NCBI GenBank assembly: GCA_951406725.2
Contig: OX597827.1
Span: forward strand, 5,642,001 to 5,706,000
Source of the DNA: Octopus vulgaris
Taxonomy: Eukaryota
Direction: 5' to 3'
DNA: 64,000 nucleotides
The position numbers and the translations under genes are program-made. Of the stretch, positions 1 through 12,191 are shown in pieces. Within the stretch, counting starts at the first letter, position 1; each line of letters starts with the position of its first letter. The notes under the pieces are model-generated. The model was given only the letters and a program-made list of their open reading frames with translations, searched no databases and had not been told where the DNA came from.

Positions 1-1145
1 AAACTACATATCATACCGAATTCAGGTTTATCATACTATATATTACCAAATTCTAAGTCTATAAATAACCAAAGTTGGCTGTTTTACATTTCCCCATGCT
101 CACTTAGGACCATCGCTTACGTTTCTTGCATGAGTTCAAGCTTGGGCACAATACCTCCCAAACTGCTGCCAATATCAACAGAGCACGAAGAGAGGGGTCC
201 ACAAGTGATCACACAGTACGAAGGTAGTTTCAGAAAAAACCTTGAAGATGAAGACGGTAGAGGACGGTCATGCAGTCTTGACAATGAACAACTGAAAGCA
301 ATTGCTGAACAAAACCCATGTCAAAGTGTCAGAGAAATGTCTCAGGTACTTGGTGTCAGTGTTGCAATGGTTTCATGCAATTTGCAGAAGATTGGTGAGG
401 TGAAAAAGCTCAATAAATGGGTACCACATGAGCTCAATGAAAATCAAAAAGTTTGGCGTTTTGAAGTGTGCTTGATGTTCTTTCTGTGAAATACCAATGA
501 TCCTTTTCTTGACTGAATAGTCACTGTGATGAAAAGTGGATCCTTTATGATAACCGTAAATGATCAGGTCAATGGCTTGATCCAAGCATTTCCTGAAGCC
601 AAAGTTGCATCAACAAAAGATTATGGTGACTGCCTGGTGGTCTGAAATTGATGTTGTCTGGAAGCCAATCAGAGCATTGCAGCAGAGGTTTACTGCAATC
701 AACTTGCTGAAATGCATGCTCACTTGCAAAAAATGAGACCTGCATTGGTGAATCCACATGGCCCAATTCTATTCCACGATAATGCAAAGCCACATGTTGC
801 AAGAATGACAATGCAGAAACTCACAGACTTGGGATATGAGACTTTACCACATCCTCCATATTCTCCTGATCCTTCACCCACTGACTGCCATTTTTTAAAG
901 CATTTAAACACATTTTTAAGCAATAAAACTTTCAGGTCAAAACCAGAGGTGGAATCAGTTTTCAAAGATTTTTTAATATCAAAGCCAATAAGTTTTTATC
1001 AACAAGGCATAAATAATCTCATTGACAGCAGAGATGCAGAGATGTTCATGGCTTGTACTTTGACAAATCAAAACATTTCTATTGTTAATTTTTCCAGAAT
1101 AAAATTATGTTTCTGAAATCATCCATTATTTTCAGAACAACCTAA
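1..1145 (+). mobile_element. Degenerate mariner (DD34D) transposon, left end outside window
   Basis: Broken ORFs 130-489 (WVPHEL) and 712-1116 (HDNAKPH, HPPYSPD.SPTD). Right TIR ends ...CAACCTAA followed by TA at 1146-1147. Confidence 0.9.
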
Positions 1146-1413
1146 TAGTAAGATGGAAAATAATGCTTATTTTTGTAAACTTCCACTTTATTTACATTTA
1201 AAAACTTTTCTTCAACTTCTTTTAATTGCAAAGTCTTTGATCAGATCCTCATTATGACACCATAAATGTATTCCATCTTGGTTTTCATAAAGACAAGATG
1301 GAATAGACAGAGCAAGACTAGAGAGAAGAGGAGACACGAAGAACAGATAGTCATTGAAGAGTTTACAGTATGTTTGACAAAAAAACCTTGGACAAATAAA
1401 CTAATAATTATAA

Positions 1414-1853
1414 TAATCCTTTCTACTATAGGCACAAGACTTGGAATTTCAGGAGAGGGGCAATTCAATTACACCAACCCCAGTAATCAGCTGGTTCTTA
1501 TTTTGTTGACCACAAAAGGATGAAAAGCATAGTCCACCATGGTGGAATTTGAACTCAGAACAAGAAGACAGATGAAATGCTGCTGAGTAGGTCACCTGGC
1601 ATGCTAACAATTCTGCCAGCTGGCCACCTTAAATAATAATAGTAATCCTTTCTACGGAAGGCACAAGGCCTAAAATTTGAGGGGACGGGACTAGTCGATT
1701 ACATCAACCCCAGCGCTTTACTGGTACTTGACTTGTCGATCCTGAAAGGATAAAAGGCAAAGTCGACCTCGGCAGAATTTGAACTCAGAACGTAGTGATG
1801 GACGAAATACTGCTAAACAGCTCATCCAGCATGCTAACAATTTTACCAGCTTG
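1414..1853 (-). mobile_element. Two tandem copies of tRNA-derived SINE family B
   Basis: Minus strand has A box (TGGCAGAAT) and B box (GTTCAAATTC) followed by GCCTTTTATCCTTTCAGGATCGA. Further copies near 5490, 19851, 22585, 35135(+), 42660, 47718, 57243, 58030 and 63384. Confidence 0.75.
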
Positions 1854-1854
1854 C

Positions 1855-1905
1855 AATAATAATAATAATAATAATGATGATGATGATGATAATAATAATA
1901 ATAAT

Positions 1906-1950
<45 letters not shown>

Positions 1951-1975
1951 TATTATTATTATTATTATTATTATA
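1855..1975. repeat. (AAT)n/(GAT)n/(TAT)n microsatellite
   Basis: Seen directly; source of the poly-N and poly-I ORFs. Confidence 0.95.
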
Positions 1976-2095
1976 AAATGAAGATCAAGTAAATAGTGCA
2001 TGTGTTTACCAGCAAAATGGCCTCCAAATATAACAATATCTATTTCAACACATGATTTCACCGCGTCTAAAATGTTGCAAAACAAATGCATACAG

Positions 2096-2171
<76 letters not shown>

Positions 2172-2172
<1 letters not shown>

Positions 2173-3457
2173 TGTGTGTAAGGCAGCTGCAGGAGAAATA
2201 CCTAGCCAAGGATAAGCCCCTGTACCTGGCTTTTGTTGACATGGAGAAAGCCTTTGATAGGGTCCCCCGATCCCTCATCTGGTGGTCAATGAGGAAACTA
2301 GGGATAGATGAATGGCTGGTGAGGGCTGTGCAAGCCATGTACAGAGACGCCGTAAGTAAGGTTAGAGTTGGCAACATGTACACAGAAGAATTCAAAGTAG
2401 AGGTTGGGGTCCACCAGGGTTCAGTACTCAGCCCCCTCCTATTTATCATAGTCCTCCAGGCAATAACGGAGGAATTCAAGACAGGTTGCCCCTGGGAGCT
2501 CCTCTATGCTGACGACCTCGCTCTAATCGCTGAGTCACTATCAGAACTGGAGGAGAAGTTCCAGGTGTGGAAGGAGGGTTTAGAATCGAGGGGCCTTAGA
2601 GTCAACCTAGCTAAAACCAAAGTACTAATAAGTAGAAAGGTAGAAAACCCACAAATATCATCAGGAAGATGGCCCTGCTCGATCTGTAGAAAAGGTGTAG
2701 GTAGAAACTCTATAAGATGTACCCAGTGTAAGCTATGGACACATAAGAGGTGCAGCAATGTCAAAGGTAGGCTAACTGGGAAGATAGTTTTTGTATGTGG
2801 CAGGTGCTCTGGAGCACTGACCTCCGAAAATCTGCAGAAAACAACTTCTGTCACTTTCCGGGGGAAAAACTAGAAGTAGTTGATAGTTTCCGCTATCTAG
2901 GTGACCAAGTCAGTAGTGGGGGTGGGTGCGCTGAAAGTGTAACTGCTAGAATAAGAATAGCCTGGGCAAAGTTTAGGGAGCTCTTACCTCTGCTGGTGAC
3001 TAAAGGCCTCTCGCTCAGAGTAAAAGGCAGACTGTATGATGCATGTGTACGAACAGCTATGCTACATGGCAGTGAAACATGGGCCGTGACTGCTGAGGAC
3101 ATGCGTAAGCTTGTGAGGAACGAAGCCAGTATGCTCCGATGGATGTGTAATGTCAGTGTACTTACTCGACAGAGCGTTAGTACCTTGAGAGAAATGTTGT
3201 ACCTAAGAAGCATCAGTTGTTGTGTGCAAGAGAGACGATTGCGCTGGTATGGTCATGTGGCGAGAATGGATGAAGAGAGGTGTGTGAGAAAGTGCCAATC
3301 CCTAGCAGTTGAGGGAACCCGTGGAAGAGGTAGACCCAGGAAAACCTGGGATGAGGCGGTGAAGCACGACCTTCGGACGTTAGGTCTCACCATGGAAATG
3401 ACTAGAGACCGAGACCTATGGAAGTATGCTGTGCGTGAGAAGACCCGGCAAGACTAG
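2172..3457 (+). pseudogene. Reverse transcriptase ORF fragment with internal C4HC3 (PHD-like) finger, one frameshift
   Basis: ORFs 2052-2873 and 2795-3457 join across TTCCGGGGGAAAAA. CSIC...CTQC...HKRC...CGRC lies between the YADD region and FRYLG. Confidence 0.88.
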
Positions 3458-3649
3458 TGAAGCCATAATCCGTGGCCCCTACCTGGGACGTAGTCAGTCC
3501 ACCTGTGCATACCTTCCTTCTTGTGACACTTGTGAAGACCTGTTGAGGCAAGTGAGAATCGAATCGTATCAAATCAAATCGAACCAAATCAAAATAGATG
3601 AACATCAATGGAATTTGTATCCTTGTGGTACCAGTGCCGGTGGCACATA

Positions 3650-4035
3650 AGAAAACCATCCGAACGTGACCGTAGCCAGTACCGCAATGACTGGCCTCCG
3701 TGCTGAGGGCACGTAACAAACACCATCCGAGCGTGGCCGTCCGCCAGCCTCGTCTGGCACCTGTGTCGGTGACACATAAGAAAACACCATCCGAGCGTGG
3801 CCGTCTGCCAGCCTCGTCTGGCACCTGTGTCGGTGGCACATAAAAAACACCATCCGAGCGTGGCCGTCTGCCAGCCTCGTCTGGCACCTGTGTCGGTGGC
3901 ACATAAAAAACACCATCCGAGCGTGGCCGTCTGCCAGCCTCGTCTGGCACCTGTGTCGGTGGCACATAAAAAACACCATCCGAGCGTGGCCGTCTGCCAG
4001 CCTCGTCTGGCACCTGTGTCGGTGGCACATAAAAT
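3650..4035 (+). repeat. 63-bp tandem array in LINE 3' UTR
   Basis: CACCATCCGAGCGTGG recurs at 3721, 3785, 3848, 3911 and 3974, plus a diverged unit near 3654. Confidence 0.93.
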
Positions 4036-4206
4036 CACCCACTACACTCTCGGAGTGGTTGGCGTTAGGAAGGGCATCCAGCTGTAGAAACACTGCCACA
4101 TCTGACTGGCCTGGTGCAGCCTTCGGGCTTCCCAGACCCCAGTTGAACCGTCCAACCCATGCTAGCATGGAAAGCGGACGTTAAACGATGATGATGATGA
4201 TGATGA

Positions 4207-4248
<42 letters not shown>

Positions 4249-4287
4249 ATGTATGTATATATATATATTTGTATATATATATAATTA

Positions 4288-4356
<69 letters not shown>

Positions 4357-4599
4357 ATATTCTATAAATATATGTCTGTATGTCTGGTGAAAATGAAATC
4401 AATATTATGATAGTAGCAACTTCAGACTAAAATTATTATTCAGGTTGCTAAGAATTGGTTTTAACATTCATATTTATAAGAACTTTAATTATCATTTGTG
4501 CTATCATTTAATCCACTACTACTTTCGTCTAAGCAGTAGGTATATGTTAGTGAGTGGTCTTGAAGAGGAATCGAAAGAGTGCAATAATATGTTAAGTAT

Positions 4600-5400
4600 T
4601 TAAAAGATTAAAATGACCAAGGCATATCTATAAATGCATACATTTCCAGGGGTACATGAGCAAAATAAGGGGGGAAATAAAAAAGAAGAACAAACAAAGC
4701 AATAAGCAATAGTACGAAGCCAATGTAATAAGATTAAGAGATAAATTGACGTTTCAGATAGTTGTCTTTCATCAAAATAGCAAGAAGGAACATAGAAGGA
4801 AAATAAAATTGGAAAGAATAAAATCATGTTAATGAGTTAAAGATAAAATGCATGAGGCAAGTAGAGTATATAAGGTGTTTTCCAGCAGAAAGAAAATGAG
4901 AGTGTTGTGAGGGAATGAAGTATGACAAACAGGGGAGAATATAGTGAAGCAAAATGAAGTTTATTTGAGATATGCTTGTGTGTGTGTATAGACAAATAGA
5001 GAATCAAGTGTGTGCGTGTAAGATGTGCGATGGATAGGTCATGAGATGTGAGTGCTTAAGTAAAAAAGCAGAATGAAGTGTGTGTGTGTGTGTGTGATTG
5101 TGTAGAGGTAGACAAAGTATAGAGGAAGAAAAAAGATGTTATATGAAGTGCAGGGGGGGGATTTTATTTTGTGATTAGGGACAAAATGATGGGTATTGAT
5201 CCCAGCAGAGGGCGCAGTGTTAGAGCAGAAGTGTTGCTCATGACAAAGGCAGGAAACTAGAGTTCCACACTGTAGTATAAGTCTACAAACAACAAAATGC
5301 ATGTATGAGAGGGATAGGAAATTGAACGGTCAGGGTGAAGGTCTTTGTGATTTGGTGTTGTTGCTTTGAGCTTAAGACAGGGGTTTGTTACCTGTTGTTT
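4600..5400 (-). mobile_element. Degenerate Penelope-like element 3' part (GIY-YIG C-terminus-like segment plus hammerhead-like motif)
   Basis: ORF 5039-5302 HFVVCRLILQCG...EQHF...AGIN resembles the PLE C-terminal EQ.LIF.LGTL.P.G.N. Downstream on the minus strand: att-TTGATGA-aaga caacta tct-GAAACGTC-aat (4778-4745). Confidence 0.55.
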
Positions 5401-6089
5401 TAAATGTTTTCTTCTAGGACAAGGCTGGATTTGACATAATATGATATATCTTTTATGATTACATGGTGTTACATTCATTCTTTAAATATAATTCTTTCCA
5501 ATTTTGGCATGAGGCCATTTTGAGGGGAGGGTGAAAGTCGATTATATCAACTCCAGTACTTGACCAGTTCTTTATTTTATCAACCCTGAAAGTTTGAAAG
5601 GCAAAGTTAACCTCAGCAGGATTTCAGCTCAGAATGCAAGCAACCACAAAAAAAAAAAAAAAAATTGCTGCAAAGCATTTTGTCTGACATGCTAACAATT
5701 TCTTACTTTAACATTTGTAATTAAATTTGCATGATAATTATATTTTCACAATAAATGTAATTATATTTAGCATATTTTTGATAATATTTTTTAATGTGCC
5801 TTTATTAAATTATAATTAATTCAATGTGGCTTTAAAATTTAAGTGAGATGTGCTTTGAAGAAATTTTGCTACTATTTCTAATGGATCAACTGACTGTATA
5901 AAAGTTCTCTTCCTCTCTTTGGTTTGTGCTTTAATAAAGTGAATTGTGATTTAGCTTTTCCTTCAAAATGATCTGCTAGACAAGGTACTGAATGACAGTA
6001 TGATTGAGGATGTTGTTGATGTTGAAAGTTATTTATTATTTTGTGCTTATTACTTTTAAGTTCTAGATACACATGAGTTTAGCTTACTA

Positions 6090-6655
6090 TTGGGTTGTCC
6101 AGAAAGTTTGTGCCGATTTATAGTAGTTTACCTTTCGGCTTATTTTAGAACATGGTTGAGTCCATAAAATAGGATTTGACTACATCTCTATTTAGAGCAC
6201 AGTTTAAGCTATCTTTTCGTGGAAGAAGGTTTATGTTCCTATAACCTGTGTTAATTCTGTAACCCTTTAAAATGGAACATAAGAAGGTTCATTTTCGGCA
6301 CTTGATACTTTGGGAACCAGACAAAAATTGCTGCAGCTCGGCTGGGATGTGTTACCCCACCCTCCATATTCACCAGATATTGCTCCTTCAGATTTCCACT
6401 TATTCAGGTCTCTGAAGAATAGTCGTAATGGTAAAAATTTCAATTCCTTGGATAACGTAAAAAGATACTGTGATGAATTCTTTGCCATGAAACCACCTCA
6501 ATTCTGGGAAGAGGGTATTTTCAGGTTAAAGGAAAGATGGAGACGCATTGTGCAACAAAATGGTTCATATTTGGTTGATTGAAAATGTAATGGCAAGTAT
6601 TTATTGACCTTTTTCTTTCCTTTAAAAATTGGCACGAACTTTCCGGACAACCCAA
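6090..6655 (+). mobile_element. Internally deleted mariner with both TIRs and TA TSD
   Basis: TIRs TTGGGTTGTCCAGAAAGTTTGTGCCGATT and AATTGGCACGAACTTTCCGGACAACCCAA with TA flanks. N-terminus MEHKKVHFRHLIL (6272) is joined to C-terminus HPPYSPDIAPSDFHLF. Confidence 0.93.
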
Positions 6656-7170
6656 TATATTAACTACATATGTTAGACCCAACTTAACTATGTTCTCCTT
6701 GCAAAAAGCATCCCAAGGACCTAGGAAATCTACACAAATATTAAACTTATTCATTGAATGAAATAAGTCAAAAAATGGTACTTCATTATTATTTTTTTTT
6801 CTGACTTTATAGATAAATTAAATAATTATATAATGTGAAATTTTGGCTTTGGTACTTTAATGTCGAGACAAATAATGTGAAGTTGGTGTAGTGTTGTAGT
6901 TTAACATGTTAATGTTTCTCAAACAAGAGTGGTTTCTGGGTCCAGCTGTTCTGTGTTGCAGTACCTTGCGTGTATGTCTTCTAGTGTAGCTTCAGGTTGA
7001 CTAATATCTTGTCTGTGGAATTTGCCTGGAAGGAAACAGTACTGTGCAACTCTTTGCATGTACATATGTATATGTGTGTGTGTGTGATTGTGTGATTATA
7101 AATATATATATATCTATCCATCTACCCATCCATCTATCTATAAAAAATCTTGCACAACAAATATTTAAAC

Positions 7171-7212
<42 letters not shown>

Positions 7213-7456
7213 ACACACACATATATGCACACACACATGCATGCACGCACACATACACACACACATAAAAATTTTCAAGATTTGAAAGAATATCAGGTAT
7301 TTCAATAGCAAAAGCACCAAGGTAGAGTCAGGGATAGTACATCTGTGTACTGTGTGTCACCAAAGTCATACAGGGGTTAACTCACAATACACATTCCACC
7401 ATCAACTGTAGACTTCAGATCCAAGCATATGGGATATATATATATATAAATATATA

Positions 7457-7487
<31 letters not shown>

Positions 7488-7611
7488 CTGTATGAGTGTG
7501 TGTGTGTGAGAGAGAGTTTGTTTGCATCTCAGCCTGTCTATCTGTCAACTTATCTATCTATCCATCTATTCATCCATCTATCCATCCATCTATCTATCTA
7601 TCTGTCTATCA

Positions 7612-7658
<47 letters not shown>

Positions 7659-7697
7659 ATCTATCTATCTTGATAGATAGATAGATAGATACATACA

Positions 7698-7729
<32 letters not shown>

Positions 7730-8166
7730 AACGTGTGTGTAAGCACATATATGTTTTTGTATACATACACTCACACACACACACACACACATTTTAATGT
7801 ACAAACAAGAAATAAAATTACAAAATTACTCAAGATTATCGCTGCATTGACACTAGTAGGCAGTTTCACGTTACCAATGTTCACACAATGAAGAAAATAA
7901 ACTGTCATGATATTTTCGAACCAGTATATTTAGAATTTGCTTTAGATGTTGATATAACAGTCGAAATGAATATGAGATGTAGTGGCAATCATCATCAGTG
8001 GGAAAGAAATTAAACAAACTATTACAAAGTTAATACGATGAGATATTAAAATTAAAAAATTTAACTCTGAATATTTGTACATGTACATACCTGCAAAAAG
8101 GATAAACACTAGACATACATGCACATCATGCATGCATATACACAATATGCATACATACACACATAA

Positions 8167-8197
<31 letters not shown>

Positions 8198-8789
8198 CAT
8201 ACATACATACATGCATACATACATACATAGATACACACACACATGCATACAAGCTTGTGTATATATACATATATACATATATAGTGTCAGTGGAAAATTT
8301 CCCATGGGTTCATAGCATATTAGTAACACAAAGCGAAGTGTAGGTTACCATTCTTGATGTAGTGAGCCTTAAATAATTATTTTTTTTAATTAATTGAAAT
8401 TCCAACCCTAATGAGAAAAATAATTCATTAGCATTAATTAATTTTTATTCTCAAAGGGGGACAACAGAGAATCTAAAAAATTTTAATGAAAAAAAAAACT
8501 TCATTTTAATTATTTAAATTCTTATTTAATGAAAGTTTTACGTGTAAAATATTATTTCTGTCTGGAAGTCCAAGTTTCTGGCAACCATGAGTGGACTGTG
8601 GTTAACTTATAGAGGTTTAAAAAGACTGAAACATGTCTAAAGTTCTCACACTGACTGCTGAAGATCAGACTTATTGCCCCACTCCACTTCCATCTTTGTA
8701 TATTTCCACACAAATTGAAGAGATGAAAATTATGTTTACCAATGTGAATGTGTGTGTGACTGTATATATATATATAGATATATATATAT

Positions 8790-9213
8790 TCTTTTATTCT
8801 TTTATTCTTTTACTTGTTTCAGTCATTTGACTGCAGCCATGCTGGAGCACTGCCTTTAATCGAGCAACTCGACCCCGGGACTTATTCTTTTGTAAGCCCA
8901 GTACTTATTCTATCGGTCTCTTTTGCCGAACCGCTAAGTAACGGGGACATAAACACACCAGCATCGGTTGTCAAGCAATGCGAGGGGGACAAACACAGAC
9001 ACACAAACACACACACGCACACACATATATATATATATATATACATATATATGACTGGCTTCTTTTCAGTTTCCGTCTACCAAATCCACTCACAAGGCAT
9101 TGGTCGGCCCGGGGCTATAGCAGAAGACACTTGCCCAAGATGCCACGCAGTGGGACTGAACCCAGAACCATGTGGTTGGTAAGCAAGCTACTTACCACAC
9201 AGCCACTCCTGCG

Positions 9214-9216
<3 letters not shown>
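8790..9216 (-). mobile_element. Full-length tRNA-derived CORE-like SINE (family A)
   Basis: Head AGGCGCAGGAGTGGCTGTGTGGTAAG...GGTTCAGTCCC, CORE-like TCTTGGGCAAGT, internal TA/TG microsatellite, tail (TAAAAGA[G/A])n. About 30 whole or partial copies in the window. Confidence 0.88.
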
Positions 9217-9299
<83 letters not shown>

Positions 9300-9302
<3 letters not shown>

Positions 9303-9810
9303 CTTCATCATTATCATCATTTGATATCTGTTCTCCATGCTGACAAGAGTTAAACACTTTGACAAGAGTTGACCAGCCAAAGAGCTGCCTGGGCACCAAT
9401 TGTCTGTTTTGGCACTGTTTCTATGGCTGGATGCCCTTTCCTAATGTCAAACACTGGGTGCTTTAAACGTGACACTGCCTTGAGCCCTTTTATGTGACTC
9501 TTGTACAGGGGCTTCTGCATGACACCAGCATGTGTACTTTAATGTGACACTGGCACAGGCGTTTTTATGTGGAACCAGCATGGGCACTTCTATGTGACAC
9601 TGACATGGGTACTTTTACTCTGCATGAACACCAATGAGCCCACAAGACTAGGATCCCTTAGCTGAGAGATGGGTGTATGCCTTTATGCATGGATGACCAC
9701 AGTTTTACTTAGCTGGTCATGTCTTCTGAAGCACAACATACTACCAGAAGTCTCAGTCCCTTGTCATCTCCTCTGTGAGGTCTAATGTCTGAAGATCCTT
9801 TCTCACCATT
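9300..9810 (-). mobile_element. Old RTE-type 3' UTR fragment with decayed ~30-bp repeats
   Basis: GCTGGATGCCCTTTCCTAATG motif, (CAT)-like tail and repeated T[A/G]TGTGACAC[T/C]G units. Confidence 0.6.
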
Positions 9811-9875
9811 AAAATTTTCTATCAGAATATTATGTTAATTTATGCTACAAACATCTGTTTAATAATAATAACATA

Positions 9876-10660
9876 CGAGGAGGTACCCAAAAGTAACCAG
9901 AAACATTCTCTGTGGGACAAGCCCATTGTAGTTCAGGTTTCTGCTGCTAGAAGCCACTTGATGTGACCCTCAGACTGCCATCATCAAATGAAATCATACT
10001 GCCACGTGGCGCATCTTTGTTTTGCAATGCTTCTCCCCTGTTTGTCAATATTTTTGATGGCTGAAACAAAGGAACAGCATGCTGCCATGAAATTCTGTTT
10101 TCCACTGGGGAAAGCAGTGGCCAAAACAATTGTCATGCTTCAGACAAGGATGCTGTGCCAGCCATGAACAAAACACAAGATTATGAGAAGTCTTCAGACT
10201 TTAGGAATGATCACTTGTCGCTTGAAGACCAACCTTGTTTAGGGTGTCCATCAAACCCTGCCCCCAAACGAAAGAAAACATCAGGAAAATTCATGAAGTG
10301 ATCTTGGAGGACCATCACTGAACAATTGAAGAATTTGCTGATATGACTGGTGTGTCCTGGAGCACTTGCCAAAGAAATTTGAGCAAGGAATTGTGAAGGA
10401 AAAGAGTTGGAGCAAAATCTGTGCTTTGCTTCTTCATGGAAGATCAAAAGCAGTCATGACTGAATGGATATTGTGAACTGAAAGAACAGCTGGAAGTTGA
10501 TCTGGACCTTTTTTCAAAGGTCACCACTGGCGACAAAAGCTAGCGCTATGGAATTTGCAGATGTGGAAAAGGTGAAGAAAAAAAACAACAGAGGCATTAA
10601 AAGGTATCACTTTGCAAGAGTTCCAACACTGCTCTGAACAGTGGAAAATTTGAATTTATT
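9876..10660 (+). mobile_element. Degenerate mariner transposon with internal deletion
   Basis: TA followed by CGAGGAGGTACCCAAAAGTAACC TIR-like start. MAETKEQHAAMKFCFPLGK from ~10058; VTGDKS (ITGDE equivalent) near 10520. Confidence 0.75.
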
Positions 10661-11284
10661 GTTTCTCATGGAAGTCGAGATAAAGATAGATAGTTTAGCA
10701 TCCTTTTGAGAAAGCCTATGATTTTGTGGTTTGGTATCTGTACTTTGTCATAAAACTGTAGAATGAGTCCCAATCCAAGGGTCATGAGCAAGCATTTTAT
10801 TTCACATCACTCCAATCCATTCAGTTAGCCGATATGAATATTAAAACTCTTAGACAGTCCAGAAAGCATCAAGTCAGTGTGACAGTGTTAATGAGTCAAT
10901 GGTAAGATAAAAATCTTCAGCCTTGAAGAAGGATATATTTATCAATGAACTGCTATAAATTTTTGCTCTTCACCTTAACAACTTTTGGTAAGTCACAATC
11001 TTGCACCTTAAAGCATTTAGACATTTGCAATGATATCATCTGATCTGGAAATACACTAACATTAATTCCTTTCGATTTCAGGGTTGTCTCCCTTGCCTTT
11101 CTTAACCAGAATTAGTCATTTTAAAATTTAACTTTTTCCTTCTACACTGGGAATATAATTTTAATTAATTAAAATCTCATTCTTCATGTTATTAAATATG
11201 TGAGCATCTGTTTTATCATTGATACCTTTTATTATTTTTAAAAAAATGGGTGCATACATATTTGATTGTAGTCTTATATACTGC

Positions 11285-11567
11285 AAAGGTTGCTTGATCT
11301 GCTAGAAATAGCAACCAAATCTTCAAATAACACTATTGCTAATGTAGTCCACAATACTGTAAAGTTTCTCAACCTGCAAGAAGCAGCAGCTAAATATTCT
11401 TCAATAACATTATGTTATCTGCAGAGGAAACAAAAGGAGAGGATATATTTCATAATCAAGTTCTACTTACCCTTAAAAAGACAAATTTGTAACAATTGCG
11501 ATAATTTAATTATAAGGTTTACTAATCTGGACTGACCTAGGGCTAAACAAAAACAACAACAACAACT
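11285..11567 (+). mobile_element. Old interspersed repeat family C with (CAA)n tail
   Basis: CTGCTAGAAATAGCA[A/G]CCAAATC...GGGCTAAACAACAAC. Related copies near 12490, 24490, 29830, 30050, 30265, 35030, 39915, 54225, 54650 and 59030. Confidence 0.6.
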
Positions 11568-11592
11568 ATTGTGAGAATACTGACTGAATATT

Positions 11593-11819
11593 ATTTACTC
11601 TTTTACTCTTTTACTTGTTTCAGTCATTTGACTGTGGCCATGCTGGAGCACCGCCTTTTAGTCGAGCAAATCGACCGCAGGACTTATTCTTTGTAAGCCC
11701 AGTACTTATTCTATCGGTCTCTTTTGCCGAACTGCTAAGTTACAGGAACGTAAACACACCAGCATCGGTTGTCAAGCGATGTTGGGGGTACAAACACAGA
11801 CAGACAAACGTATAGACAC

Positions 11820-11868
<49 letters not shown>

Positions 11869-12034
11869 TACGACGGGCATTTTTCAGTTTCCATCTACCA
11901 AATCCACTCACAAGGTTTTGGTCGGCCTGAGGCTATAGTAGAAGACACTTGCCCAAGGTGCCATGCAGTGGGACTGAACCTGGAACTATGTGGTTCGTAA
12001 GCAAGCTACTTACCACACAGCCACTCCTACGCCT
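11593..12034 (-). mobile_element. SINE family A, full length
   Basis: Same head, core and tail as 8790-9216. Confidence 0.88.
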
Positions 12035-12191
12035 ATTTATCAGGTAAAATAATACTGGAGAAGTTTTTATCTTAAGCTCAGCCTCAACCCTTTAGTATTC
12101 ATATTATTCCATCAAATGTAATGCTTATTTATTGACATTGTTTTGAATTAATCATGCATTATTTCATAGCTTTGAGATTTCAATGGTTTAA

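Larger units (their letters stand above)
2171..4208 (+). mobile_element. 5'-truncated RTE-clade LINE (RT C-terminal part, 3' UTR, (GAT)n tail) in a (TA)n tract
   Basis: RT motifs FVDMEKAFDRV, GVHQGSVLSP, YADD, FRYLG and RTE-type C-terminus RRLRWYGHVARM...RGRGRPRKTW. One frameshift near 2860, stop at 3457, (GAT)n tail 4187-4208, (TA)n on both sides. Confidence 0.93.

Noticed and set aside
3650-4035. CRISPR-like array
   Set aside because: Units are tandem copies without unique spacers, lie in a LINE 3' UTR, and there are no cas genes in this eukaryotic DNA.
3402-4168. Long minus-strand ORFs with 21-aa repeats
   Set aside because: By-product of a 63-bp (multiple of 3) stop-free repeat, open in several frames.
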